Shown here in pieces: positions 1 to 9,490 of a stretch of 49,345 bases of DNA. The stretch is taken from NCBI GenBank assembly GCA_025360495.1, contig JANYCC010000163.1:1-49345 (forward strand), given 5' to 3'. The position numbers and the translations under genes are program-made. This stretch comes from Verrucomicrobiota bacterium. GTDB taxonomy: Bacteria; Verrucomicrobiota; Verrucomicrobiia; Limisphaerales; UBA9464. How positions within the stretch are numbered: position 1 is the stretch's first letter; the number at the start of each line of letters is the position of its first letter. Under the pieces are notes generated by a model. It was given only the letters and a program-made list of their open reading frames with translations, did no database searches and was not told where the DNA came from.

Positions 1-3000
1 TGAGGTTGAGCCCGGTCCCGGCGGCCCGCAGGGACAGCAGGAACACGCAGGGCTCGGTGTCGGCCTGGAACAGGTTGACCACTTCCTGGCGTCCCTTGGT
101 CTCGCCGGTGAGGATGTGGGTGCGGATGTTCCGTTCGCGACAGACGCCCTCGATGATCTTGAGCATCTCCACGAATTGCGAGAACAGCAGCACCTTGTTC
201 CCGGCCGCGAGGATCGGTTCGATCAGCTCGAACAGGGTGTCGGTCTTGCCCGAGGCCGAGTCGCTGCCCACGAGCCGGGGATGGCAACAGATCTGCCGGA
301 GGCGGGTGAGCGCAGCCAGGACGTGCATCTTGGATTTCGCGACGCCCTTTTCCTGCAGGGTCTTCATCACCTGGTCCCGGCTGCGGCGCAACTCGGCCAG
401 GTAAAGCTTCCGCTGTTCGTCGTCCAATTCGCAGTCGCGTCGCTCCTCGATGCGATCGGGAAGGTCCTGGGCCACCTGGCGCTTGAGGCGGCGGAGCATG
501 AGCGGTCGCAACTTGGCGCTGAGGCGGCGGCGCAACGTGCCCATCTCCCAGTCCGGGCCCTCGCCCTTGGTCTCGTACAGCTCGTTGAAACTGGACTGGC
601 TGCCCAGATAGCCGGGTTGGATGAAGTCCACGATCGACCACAGGTCGAGCAGGCGGTTCTCCAACGGCGTGCCGGTGAGGGCGAGACGCTGGTCGGCCTC
701 GATCTCCTTCACCGCGACTGTGACCTGCGCGGTGGGGTTCTTGATGAACTGCGCCTCGTCCAGGACCAGGGCCCGGAAATCGAACTTGCACAACTCGTCG
801 AGGTCCCGTCGGAGGATGGCATAATTGGTGACGACGATGTCGTTCTCCGGGATCTGTTTGCGCAGGTTATGGCGCGCCTGTCCGGATTGCAGCACCAGCA
901 CCTTGAGATGCGGGACAAACTTCTCCGCCTCCCGCCGCCAGTTGTAGAGGACCGAGGCCGGGCAGATGACCAGGGACGGTTTGCGGTCCTTCTTGAGCGT
1001 GGTCTCGTGGAGCCAGGTCAGCCACGCCAGGGTCTGCAGGGTTTTGCCGAGACCCATGTCGTCGGCCAGGATGCCGCCCAGTTTCAACCGGGTGAGATTG
1101 CAGAGGAAATTGAAACCCTCCTTCTGGTAGGGGCGCATCTCCGCGTGGACCGTCAGCGGGAGCTTGGTGTCGGGAACGCCCTTGAAATTGGCGAGCTTCT
1201 CGCGCAGGGCCGCCACCGCCTTCTCCGCCCCGAGGGCCGCCACCGTGGCCTCGTCCAGTTGGGTGGCGTGCAGCAACGACGCCCGCTGCGCTTCCGGGGT
1301 CAACCCCTCCAACCCGAGAGTCGCCGCGGTTTCATGCGCCTTTTTGTTGGCGTCCACATCGATCTCGACCCAACCGCCGTCGGGCAGTTTGACGAACCGG
1401 GTGTTGGCCGCCGCAAGACGCTGGAGGTCCGCGGGTGAAAGCTTCATGCCCTCCGCCTCCCATTCGGCGCTGACGCTCAGCCAATCGATGCCCGAGCCCC
1501 GGAGCACGAGCTTGGGTCGGACGATGCGGCGGGTGAGGAACAGGCGTTGGAACGCGGGGTTCCCGAGGTACTCGGCGTCGGCGGGCCGATCCTGCCAGGA
1601 GAACGCCAGCTGCGACAGGGCGTGTTCATTGGCGTCCAGCACCCAAAGCCCGGGCTCCGGGGTGAACCAATCGGCCTGTTGCAACCAAAGGATGGTCGGA
1701 TGCAGGCGCGGGTCATCGAGCAATTCCGGCCGGCCGTCCCCGCCGTTGCGGACCACGACCCGTTGCCATTCGTGACCGTTCCACTGCCATTCCGAACCGT
1801 CCTTTTCGCTGATGGCGAGCAGGCGGACGCGGATCACCTCGTCGGCCAGCTCAAAGATGAATTGGGGCCGCGCCGTGTGGGTTTCGCACAACTGGTTCCA
1901 ATCGGCCCCGGCATCCTCCTTCGCCTGGGTCTTGCGCAACTCGGTGAGCAGCCGCTGGGAGAGCCGGCGGACCGGCACGATGGGACGTTGGGCCCAGGGT
2001 CCCAGCAATTGCGGGGGCGGCGCGTGGCGGAGCACCAGGAACTCATTGTCCACCAGCACCAGGGGGGGTTCCCCGACGAAGAACCGGCTTTCCGGAAGCG
2101 AGCGTTGCTGGCCGTCGCCGGCCACCAGCACGTGGGTGAAACTCATCTCGCCGTCGATGGTTTCCAACCGCGGCTTCAGCTCGGCCACGCGCCCGACGAA
2201 CTGCAGGTTGGTGGCCGTGCCATGGAGTTCCAACCGCGGACCGTGCGCCCATTTCGCCACCCAGGCCAGCAGGTCCGGACCTTCCAGCACCAGCAGTTCC
2301 CCCTCCTTCACCTTCTCCGCCCAATTCGCATGCAACCAGTCGATCACCTGCCAGTCCTCGGCCGGGAACAGTTCCGCCTCATGCGCCGCCCGGGTCCGCA
2401 GGTCGCACAGGTCCGACAGGAACTTCTCCTTCTCGCCCGAGCGGGAACGGAACAGGAAGAACCGCACGACGAGCCGCCACTGGTTGATGTCGGCGGTGGC
2501 GCGCCGGGGCTCGCACACCACGCGCAATGCGGCGCGCGGGGAATCCAGGTGGGTGTGGTTCGGCGGGAACAGCCAATTCTCCAATTCCTGGACGAAACCC
2601 GATTCTTTCTCGGACTGCTCCACCTCGGCGAACCGCTCGAAATTCGCGTGCTGGATCAGTTCCGTCGGCAGGGAACGGTTGGAGCGCAGGAACAGCATCG
2701 CCACCTCTTCCAGCCGGGGTTTGCCATTGGCGACCTGGATCCGGGCCCACCAATCGTGCTGGCCAAAATCGTTCCGTCGCAGGGCCAGTTTCTCCAGGTA
2801 ATCGTCAAACAACAGGTAGGCCCGTTGCGGATCGGCACAGCCCGAGAGCAGCCGCAGGACCGCCTCCCGGTCCGCCACCTTCTCCTTCGAGTCCGCCAGC
2901 TCGCGCCGCAGGTCGGCAAACGACCCATAGGTGCTGTTCAACACCCGGTGGTGGGCGTCGTATTTCGTCGTGTTGACCGCGCGCGGCGCGGCCAGTTTGT

Positions 3001-3025
3001 TGCTGCTGCGTGTACCTCTAGCCAT
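1..3025 (-). CDS. SNF2/SWI2-family helicase-like ATPase (3' end runs off window)
   Basis: Missing from the ORF track because no stop lies in the window. Manual translation from ATG 3025 (MARGTRSSNK...) gives MRPYQKEG, GILADDMGLGKTLQ, LVLDEAQFIKNP, ALTGTPLENRLLDLWS, KVLLFSQF and FLLSLRAAGTGLNL, which are SNF2 motifs. Confidence 0.95.
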   Translation of the reverse strand, partial: MARGTRSSNKLAAPRAVNTTKYDAHHRVLNSTYGSFADLRRELADSKEKVADREAVLRLLSGCADPQRAYLLFDDYLEKLALRRNDFGQHDWWARIQVANGKPRLEEVAMLFLRSNRSLPTELIQHANFERFAEVEQSEKESGFVQELENWLFPPNHTHLDSPRAALRVVCEPRRATADINQWRLVVRFFLFRSRSGEKEKFLSDLCDLRTRAAHEAELFPAEDWQVIDWLHANWAEKVKEGELLVLEGPDLLAWVAKWAHGPRLELHGTATNLQFVGRVAELKPRLETIDGEMSFTHVLVAGDGQQRSLPESRFFVGEPPLVLVDNEFLVLRHAPPPQLLGPWAQRPIVPVRRLSQRLLTELRKTQAKEDAGADWNQLCETHTARPQFIFELADEVIRVRLLAISEKDGSEWQWNGHEWQRVVVRNGGDGRPELLDDPRLHPTILWLQQADWFTPEPGLWVLDANEHALSQLAFSWQDRPADAEYLGNPAFQRLFLTRRIVRPKLVLRGSGIDWLSVSAEWEAEGMKLSPADLQRLAAANTRFVKLPDGGWVEIDVDANKKAHETAATLGLEGLTPEAQRASLLHATQLDEATVAALGAEKAVAALREKLANFKGVPDTKLPLTVHAEMRPYQKEGFNFLCNLTRLKLGGILADDMGLGKTLQTLAWLTWLHETTLKKDRKPSLVICPASVLYNWRREAEKFVPHLKVLVLQSGQARHNLRKQIPENDIVVTNYAILRRDLDELCKFDFRALVLDEAQFIKNPTAQVTVAVKEIEADQRLALTGTPLENRLLDLWSIVDFIQPGYLGSQSSFNELYETKGEGPDWEMGTLRRRLSAKLRPLMLRRLKRQVAQDLPDRIEERRDCELDDEQRKLYLAELRRSRDQVMKTLQEKGVAKSKMHVLAALTRLRQICCHPRLVGSDSASGKTDTLFELIEPILAAGNKVLLFSQFVEMLKIIEGVCRERNIRTHILTGETKGRQEVVNLFQADTEPCVFLLSLRAAGTGLNL

Positions 3026-3142
3026 GTCGGTCCCAAAAAGCCGTCCAGCCCCGCAGGGACAGGCACGTCGGATCATTATGTCTCCGGTACGCCCTCCCGG
3101 GGTCAACAGGAAACGTGGAAATTGCCGGGTTTTCGCCGACGA

Positions 3143-4321
3143 CTACACGCCGCCGATCCATTTCCGATCGTCCCACACCGCCTTCAAGGAGGTCAGGTTG
3201 CGGGGGTCAAACACATGGCCGGCGGCCTTCCCCAACCGCCCCTTGCGGAGCGCCTGCCAGGCATCGCTGGCATTGATCGCGACATGCTGCAACACGCTCG
3301 GATCCCGGTAGCAATCGATCATGCAGCGGGTGCACCCGTCGCGAATCAGCTTCGAGTCGTCCCACTCGTACACATTGCACATCGGCGTCTCCCAGAAATG
3401 GCACCGGTAGAGGTTCAGATGCCAGTCGAGGTAGAAGTACTTGTGGCCGCCCAGACACCCGAAATGCTCCTTCTCGCCCTTCACATGGCGTTGCATTTCG
3501 GTCAGCGATTCGGTCGGGTTGACCACCGGAAACCCGCTCCGCTGCTTCATCCGCTTGATCTTCTCGAACAACTCCCACATCTCGTCGTTCGAATAGCTCA
3601 CCAACCCGCCATCGCTGAAACTCAGGTAACTGCTCTTCAGGTTGGTCAGCGGATAACTGAAGGTGCAGCTCTTGAACCCCATCGCTTCCAGGAATTCGGG
3701 GAGCTTGTCGTAATCCTCGATCAACCGGCTGGCCGTCACGCTCGCCGTCGTCTGGATCCCGGCCCCTTGGAAAAATTGATTCGCCCGCCGGATCTTGCGG
3801 CATACATCCGGCAATCCCCGGTTCTTCTCGTGCTTCGCCACGTCATGGGCGTCGATCGACATGATCACGCTGCTCAGGCCGTCGGAAGCCAGCGCCCGCA
3901 TGTTTTCCTCGTTCCACAGGCCGCCGTTGGTGCAGATCATCGGGTGGATGCCCTGGCGCGCCGAGGCCCGCACCATGGCGCGGAGATCGCGATGAACCAT
4001 GGGTTCGCCGCCGACGAACAGCAGGTAGCCGATGTGGTTGCGCTTCGCGATGTCGATCACGTCCAACGATTCCTGGAGCGTCACCGAGCGGCGCTTCTTG
4101 GGGTCGAACTGCGAGCGCGCGAACCCGCAGAACCCACAGTCGGCGTTGCACAGGTTGGTGATCGCGAACTGGAGATAACCCGGCCCGCCATTCTTGAGGA
4201 CATCCCCCAACAATTTGAGGACCGGCGTGCGCGGGCGCGGAACGGGGCGCGACAGGTCATCGGCCACCGCGACGGAGGCGGCGGAGGCGGCGGGCTTTTC
4301 AGGCAGGACGGCGGAACTCAT
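3143..4321 (-). CDS. Radical SAM protein with C-terminal Cys-rich (SPASM/twitch-like) domain, function unknown
   Basis: CNADCGFC (CxxxCxxC), GGEP motif, C-terminal CLGG...YRC...CTRCMIDC. Confidence 0.9.
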   Translation of the reverse strand: MSSAVLPEKPAASAASVAVADDLSRPVPRPRTPVLKLLGDVLKNGGPGYLQFAITNLCNADCGFCGFARSQFDPKKRRSVTLQESLDVIDIAKRNHIGYLLFVGGEPMVHRDLRAMVRASARQGIHPMICTNGGLWNEENMRALASDGLSSVIMSIDAHDVAKHEKNRGLPDVCRKIRRANQFFQGAGIQTTASVTASRLIEDYDKLPEFLEAMGFKSCTFSYPLTNLKSSYLSFSDGGLVSYSNDEMWELFEKIKRMKQRSGFPVVNPTESLTEMQRHVKGEKEHFGCLGGHKYFYLDWHLNLYRCHFWETPMCNVYEWDDSKLIRDGCTRCMIDCYRDPSVLQHVAINASDAWQALRKGRLGKAAGHVFDPRNLTSLKAVWDDRKWIGGV

Positions 4322-4382
4322 GCAATCGGGCGCGCAGTGTTGTCAAAAACGCGCTTCCCGCAATCCTTTCGTTGCGGAGGGG

Positions 4383-4422
4383 GGATTCGGAGATCGGGGA
4401 TCGCAGATGGGAGATCGGGGGA
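4383..4422. repeat. Degenerate heptamer tandem repeat (AGATCGG-type)
   Basis: gattcgg agatcgg ggatcgc agatggg agatcgg; same unit family as 38911-38966. Confidence 0.7.
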
Positions 4423-4653
4423 AATGAGACCGGGCTGAACCGATGGGAAGGTGATGAACAACGAAGGGTGCGAAGGGATCGGAAAAGCCAAGGCACGCGA
4501 TGGAACCGGCCGGAACCGAAACCAGGGAGGGCGTACGAACGCGCGACAGCGTCTTGGAGCGCGGGAGTCCCCTACCGCTTTCCTGCGGGGATACGGGGCG
4601 GATTGGCGGCCGCTTTTCCCTATCGGCGCCCGGATCCAGGCAGGGGCGCCCGG

Positions 4654-4759
4654 ATGAAACCGAAAAATTCCCACGGTGTTGATCTGCGCACGCCGCCGCC
4701 GGAAACTGCGGGTCCAACCGGATCGGAATGTCATGGAAAACCCAGGGTCAATCGACCGA
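4654..4759 (+). repeat. Direct repeat copy 1 of putative promoter plus gene head (copy 2 at 6140-6208)
   Basis: TGAAACC-N12-CGGTGTTGATC (4655-4684) and gtcatggaaaacccagggtcaatcgaccga (4730-4759), which is 28/30 identical to 6179-6208. Confidence 0.85.
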
Positions 4760-4782
4760 GCAGCGCCGGCCACCTCCGAGCC

Positions 4783-6078
4783 ATGACCCCGCGCCGCCGA
4801 AGGCTTGCCGTCGCCGCGGTGATCGTGGGGATTTCCGCCCTGTGGCCGTTGATGATCTGGCGTTCGACCGGCTCCACACTCGGTCGACTCCGCGCCCAAG
4901 GCCTGCCGACAACACCCAAAGAGCTCGACGAATGGCGCCACCCGGTCCCGGACGCCGATAATCTGGCAACCGCGATTCTCGATGCGCAGTCGGCTTTCCG
5001 GACGCCCCGCGACACCAACACACCTTTTCTGACGAATCTCATGGTGCCTCCACATCCGGTGGACCCGACCTTGCTGGCCCGGTGGAGGACAGAGGTCGGT
5101 TACAATCGCGAAGCTCTGGAGGCACTACGGGCAGGCCGCGGACGGACGGCGTCGCACTATCCCGTGACCGTCCAAGCCGGGATCCCCATCAGTCCGTTCC
5201 GTTATCGGGAAGCGATGGCCCTGGCCCGGGTTTGCGCGCTCGCGTCGCTGACCGATGCGGAATCCGGCCGACCTGGCGAGGCGGTGAATGATGTCGAGGA
5301 CATCCTGTTGATCGCCCGAAGCCTTGAGCCAGAACCCAACAACCTTTCGCAATTATTTCGGGTCGTCTTCATCGAGACCGCCGCCCGCGCGACAGCCCTC
5401 AGCCTGCCCCGCGCGACCGTGGATGAAGGCGCGTGGAAAAGTCTTCAGGATGCCTTTGCCAAGGCGGATGACCTCCAAGGGATCCGGACCGGACTGGTGG
5501 GGGAAATCGCCAACGCGGATCGTGGATTTGACTTGATGACGCCCTTGGGGTGGTCGGGGGATTTTCACAGTTTTTTCTATCATTGCTCTGGTCGGCGGGC
5601 CGTGGACCAGGATTCCTATGTCGGATGCCTCGGGGACCTATTGGACGCCTTGAACCACCCGTTTCCCGACGCCATACGGCTAGGCGAAGCCCCCACTTTG
5701 CGCCTCAGGAGTCAGCACCAACGACTGTCCAAGAGATTCGGATTCTCCCCCATGAGCTCCTCGGGCGTGACCCGTGGCATCCTCTCCCAAGCCGGTTGCC
5801 TGGCCTACGCCCGGTCCGCGACCCTTGTCTGCGCCGTCGAACGTCACCGACTCGCGCACGAAGGCCGGCTTCCTGACAAGCTGAGTGATTTGGTGCCGGC
5901 ACTGATTTCCTCCGTGCCGACGGACCCGTTCGACGGGCAACCCTTGCGGTATCTGCGGACCGGCGAGTCTTATACCCTATATAGCGTCGGGCAGGACACA
6001 CGGGATGATGGGGGCCAGATTGGAAAACCGTTCGATGATACCCGAGGTCCCGATGTGGGGCTGAAGGTGGGCCGGTAG
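4783..6078 (+). CDS. Hypothetical membrane-anchored helical protein with GspG-like C-terminal motif
   Basis: Likely start ATG 4783 (MTPRRRRLAVAAVIVGISALW: basic residues then a TM helix). C-terminal PTDPFDGQPLRY...LYSVGQDTRDDGG. The 4372 start in the track runs through repeat DNA. Confidence 0.75.
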   Translation: MTPRRRRLAVAAVIVGISALWPLMIWRSTGSTLGRLRAQGLPTTPKELDEWRHPVPDADNLATAILDAQSAFRTPRDTNTPFLTNLMVPPHPVDPTLLARWRTEVGYNREALEALRAGRGRTASHYPVTVQAGIPISPFRYREAMALARVCALASLTDAESGRPGEAVNDVEDILLIARSLEPEPNNLSQLFRVVFIETAARATALSLPRATVDEGAWKSLQDAFAKADDLQGIRTGLVGEIANADRGFDLMTPLGWSGDFHSFFYHCSGRRAVDQDSYVGCLGDLLDALNHPFPDAIRLGEAPTLRLRSQHQRLSKRFGFSPMSSSGVTRGILSQAGCLAYARSATLVCAVERHRLAHEGRLPDKLSDLVPALISSVPTDPFDGQPLRYLRTGESYTLYSVGQDTRDDGGQIGKPFDDTRGPDVGLKVGR

Positions 6079-6139
6079 GTGGACGGCAAACGCCGTCTTT
6101 GAACAGCGGGACCGAGAACGGATCGCGGGATGAAACCTG

Positions 6140-6208
6140 ATGAAACCGAAATCCTCCCCCCGGTGTTGATCACGGCGCGTCATGGAAAACCCAAGGTCGA
6201 TCGACCGA
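6140..6208 (+). repeat. Direct repeat copy 2 of putative promoter plus gene head
   Basis: TGAAACC-N13-CGGTGTTGATC (6141-6171) followed by the ATG region of the 6182 ORF. Confidence 0.85.
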
Positions 6209-6457
6209 TTTGTGCTGGCACCTCTCCTGACACTTTTGGGTGTCGCCACCGTCGCGGCCCTCGGCACCGGCGTTTACCTCAGAGAATGGGACATCGTGTT
6301 GGAATGGCTCGTGTCAGTCGCGGGCCTCGTTGGTTTTTGCGGGCTGCTCGGGATCCTGAATGCGGCCTTGTTTGGACCGATTTTCTGGCTGATGAGCCGA
6401 ATGGCGGACCGGAAGGCCGGCGATGGGAATCGGATCTCTCCTCCTCGCCGGGATTGA
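6182..6457 (+). CDS. Small two-TM membrane protein
   Basis: 91 aa with two hydrophobic segments; fills the gap after the 4783 gene. Confidence 0.65.
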   Translation: MENPRSIDRFVLAPLLTLLGVATVAALGTGVYLREWDIVLEWLVSVAGLVGFCGLLGILNAALFGPIFWLMSRMADRKAGDGNRISPPRRD

Positions 6458-6482
6458 CACTATGGGAACACTCGCAAAAACG

Positions 6483-6747
6483 AACCACGGATGACACGGA
6501 TGACACGGATGACACGGATGACACGGATGACACGGATGACACGGATGAGAGGAAGAAAACGAACCGGCCAATCCATGAGGCAGGCAAGGATGTGCCCACG
6601 AAACTCACGAAACACACGAAAGGGAAGGCGCGCTTCCGGCCCCTGGGCATTCGTGCGTTTCGTGTGTTTCGTGGGCAGCCCTTTCTTTCCATGCCCATCT
6701 GTAATCCGTGGTTGGTTTCCTTCGTTCCCTTTGCGTTCTTTCGCGGC
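6483..6747. repeat. Nested inverted-repeat cassette built from 9-nt periodic units
   Basis: (CACGGATGA)x7 at 6486-6548 pairs with atctgtaatccgtggtt (about 6697-6713). Inner 28-bp arms at 6593-6620 and 6650-6677 (CACGAAACA units). Tail ctttgcgttctttcgcggc ends at 6747. Confidence 0.9.
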
Positions 6748-6768
6748 CCTCTATGCGGGTCGCGGCTC

Positions 6769-8010
6769 TCAGGCCGTCCCCAGCGCCAGCCCGATCAGGC
6801 CGCCGCCCAGCACCAGCCAGGCGGAGTTCACTTTCCAACGGAACAGGAGCAGGGCCGAAACCAACGCCAACAGCACCGTCGGCACGTCCATGATCGCCCC
6901 GACCGCAAGCCGGACCGTGACCACTGCCATCAGGCCCATTGACGCCGCATTCACGCCGTCCAAGAGCGCACCGGTGGCGGGCCACGAACGCAATTTGGGG
7001 ATCAATGTCCCACTCGCCGCCACGAGTACGAAAGCCGGCAGGAAAATCCCCACGGTCGCCGCCGCCGCCGCCGGGACTCCGCCCAGCACATAGCCAATGA
7101 ACGTCGCCGTTGTGAAGACCGGGCCCGGCGTGAACTGCCCCACGGCGACCGCATCGAGCAGTTGGTTCTCGGTCAACCAATGGCGGTGTTCCACCAGGTC
7201 GGTCCGCAGGAACGCCAGGAGCACATAACCACTCCCATATAATACCGACCCGATTTTGAGGAAGACACCGAACAGGGCCGCGGTGCTGAACGGTGCCATT
7301 CCCGCCACCGCAACCCCTGCACCCGTCGCGCCCGCCACCGGGGCGGAGAGCGCCGTCCCCCACGGCGACAGGCCGATCACGGGTACGCGGCCTTGGATCC
7401 CACCACCGCCCGGTCGCCCCAAGACCCGCAACAGGGCCACCAGTCCCGCCGCCAGCAGTACGGGGAGTTCGGAGATCCCAGCGAAACTCAGCGCCGTCGC
7501 GATCAGCCCGATCCCGGCGAGCCAACGGGTGCGCAGTGCGGTCCGTCCCAGCTTCCAGACGGCCTGTCCCACCACCGCGATGATCACCGGTTTGACGCCG
7601 TATAGCAGGCCTTGGGCGGCCGGCAGTTTTCCAAAACGGACATAAGCCCAGCCCACGCCGATCACGATCAGGGTCGCCGGCAGGATGAAACACAGGCCGG
7701 CGACCAAGAGCCCCGCCCACCCGGCGCGTCGATGCCCGAGCAGCAGCGCCATCTCGGTGGAATTGGGGCCGGGAATGAGGTTGGTGGCGCCCCAGAGATC
7801 GAGGAATTCGGCGTGCGTGACCCAACCCCGGCGCCTCACCATCTCCTCTTCCATCATCGCCACATGGACGGCCGGCCCCCCGAAAGTCGTGGAACCGAGC
7901 CGGAGGAACACGGCGGCCACCTCGCGCAGCCGGCGGTTTCGTTCCGGGCCACTCCTTCCGTTCCAGCTCGGGTCGGGCTGACTGGACCGGGGCGGTTCGA
8001 CCGTGGGCAT
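6769..8010 (-). CDS. chrA: Chromate efflux transporter (CHR family, long form)
   Basis: FLRLGSTTFGGPAVH, NLIPGPNSTE; second half FLKIGSVLYGSGYVL, GQFTPGP. Start at 8010 is approximate. Confidence 0.92.
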   Translation of the reverse strand: MPTVEPPRSSQPDPSWNGRSGPERNRRLREVAAVFLRLGSTTFGGPAVHVAMMEEEMVRRRGWVTHAEFLDLWGATNLIPGPNSTEMALLLGHRRAGWAGLLVAGLCFILPATLIVIGVGWAYVRFGKLPAAQGLLYGVKPVIIAVVGQAVWKLGRTALRTRWLAGIGLIATALSFAGISELPVLLAAGLVALLRVLGRPGGGGIQGRVPVIGLSPWGTALSAPVAGATGAGVAVAGMAPFSTAALFGVFLKIGSVLYGSGYVLLAFLRTDLVEHRHWLTENQLLDAVAVGQFTPGPVFTTATFIGYVLGGVPAAAAATVGIFLPAFVLVAASGTLIPKLRSWPATGALLDGVNAASMGLMAVVTVRLAVGAIMDVPTVLLALVSALLLFRWKVNSAWLVLGGGLIGLALGTA

Positions 8011-8218
8011 CCCCGGGACTCTGCGCGGCTGCGGTTTCGCCGGCAATCCGATCGATGGGTCCGGTAGGGCGAGTTTCCACCCGAGCCGCGTTGGTTTGGC
8101 GGCGGTGTGCATGGAAGGGGCATTCAAGATCGGCTCGGGTGGAACCTCGCCCCACCGGCCAATGCCTGTCTCCGTCATTGCCGCCGCGCCCTCCCATCGT
8201 TCAGCCTCGCCGTCACGG

Positions 8219-9469
8219 ATGATCATCGAGAAGTTCACCTTCGGCGTCGGCGACCGATTCGCCCATCAGGCCCGAGCCCAACTCCGCGCCTTCCAACAAC
8301 TCGCCTCCGACGGCGTCACGGTCACGCCCGTCTGGAACAAGTCGAACCGCGAACACACCTTCATCGGCAGCGAACCCCAAAGCGTTTTCGATGCCGCCCG
8401 CACCGCCGTCACCGCGCTCGGTTGGACCGCCGGGTGGCACGTCGATGCCGATCACATCCGTTTGGAGACCGTCGACCGTTTCATCCCCTGCTCCGATTTT
8501 TTCACGATCGATGTCGCGGATAGCATCGGACGCCCCGCCCCGGCCTCCGACGTGGCGGCTTTCGTGGACCGCCACCCGGAATTGGTCGGTGACATCGTGA
8601 TCCCCGGGATCGGCCAACCTTTCCGAACCACCCGTGCCGCCGTCGAATCCTGCGCCGGAAAATATCTTTTGGCCGTGCGGGATGCCGGGCGGATCCACCG
8701 GCACATCACCGCGGCCAATGGCGGACCCGGGGCCTTCATCGCGGAGGTGTCGATGGACGAGACCGATCAACCGCAAACCCCGCCCGAACTGCTGGTGATC
8801 CTGGCGGCGCTGGCCGACGAAAAGGTGCCGGTGCAGACGATCGCGCCGAAGTTCACCGGGCGGTTCAACAAGGGGGTCGATTATGTCGGCGACCTCGGGC
8901 AGTTCGAAAAGGAGTTCAACGACGATCTCGCCGTGATCGCGCAGGCCGTGTCGCGATACGGGCTCCCCGCCGGGCTCAAGCTCAGCGTGCATAGCGGCTC
9001 CGACAAATTCTCCCTCTACCCGATCATCCGCCGCGCCCTTTCCCGCACCGGTGCCGGGGTGCATGTGAAGACCGCCGGCACCACGTGGCTCGAGGAATTG
9101 ATCGGCTTGGCGGAGGCCGGCGGAGCGGGGCTCGACCTGGCCCGCGAGGTTTATGCGACCGCCTTGGAACACATCGACGAACTCTGCGGACCCTATGCCA
9201 GTGTGATCGACATCGACCGCGCCCGGTTGCCGTCGGCGGTGGTGGTCGGGCATTGGACCGGAACGCAATTTGCCGACGCCCTGCGTCATGTGCCGGACCA
9301 TCCGGAATTCAACGCGAGTTTCCGCCAACTCCTTCACGTATCGTTCAAGCTCGCCGCCAAACAGGGGCGCCGTTACCTGGATCTTCTCGTGGCCAACGAA
9401 CCCGTCGTCGCGCGCAACGTGACCGAAAACCTGTATTCCCGGCACCTGCGGCCCCTGTTCATCGGCTGA
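8219..9469 (+). CDS. uxaE: Tagaturonate/fructuronate epimerase family protein
   Basis: FGVGDRF, HVDADHI, EVSMDET, FNKGVDYVGD, KLSVHSGSDKFS, HVKTAGTTWLE. Start MIIEKF at 8219. Confidence 0.88.
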   Translation: MIIEKFTFGVGDRFAHQARAQLRAFQQLASDGVTVTPVWNKSNREHTFIGSEPQSVFDAARTAVTALGWTAGWHVDADHIRLETVDRFIPCSDFFTIDVADSIGRPAPASDVAAFVDRHPELVGDIVIPGIGQPFRTTRAAVESCAGKYLLAVRDAGRIHRHITAANGGPGAFIAEVSMDETDQPQTPPELLVILAALADEKVPVQTIAPKFTGRFNKGVDYVGDLGQFEKEFNDDLAVIAQAVSRYGLPAGLKLSVHSGSDKFSLYPIIRRALSRTGAGVHVKTAGTTWLEELIGLAEAGGAGLDLAREVYATALEHIDELCGPYASVIDIDRARLPSAVVVGHWTGTQFADALRHVPDHPEFNASFRQLLHVSFKLAAKQGRRYLDLLVANEPVVARNVTENLYSRHLRPLFIG

Positions 9470-9490
9470 ATTCCTTTCCCACCCCGAAGC

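Noticed and set aside
116-4438. Long plus-strand ORFs (440 aa and 963 aa) and similar ones, e.g. 8213-10117, 33998-36223, 44948-46909
   Set aside because: Antisense shadows of well-supported genes, expected at high GC; no recognisable motifs.
6130-7093. ORFs with TDD/MTR/HPC/SSV repeats
   Set aside because: These are translations of the 9-bp non-coding tandem repeat.
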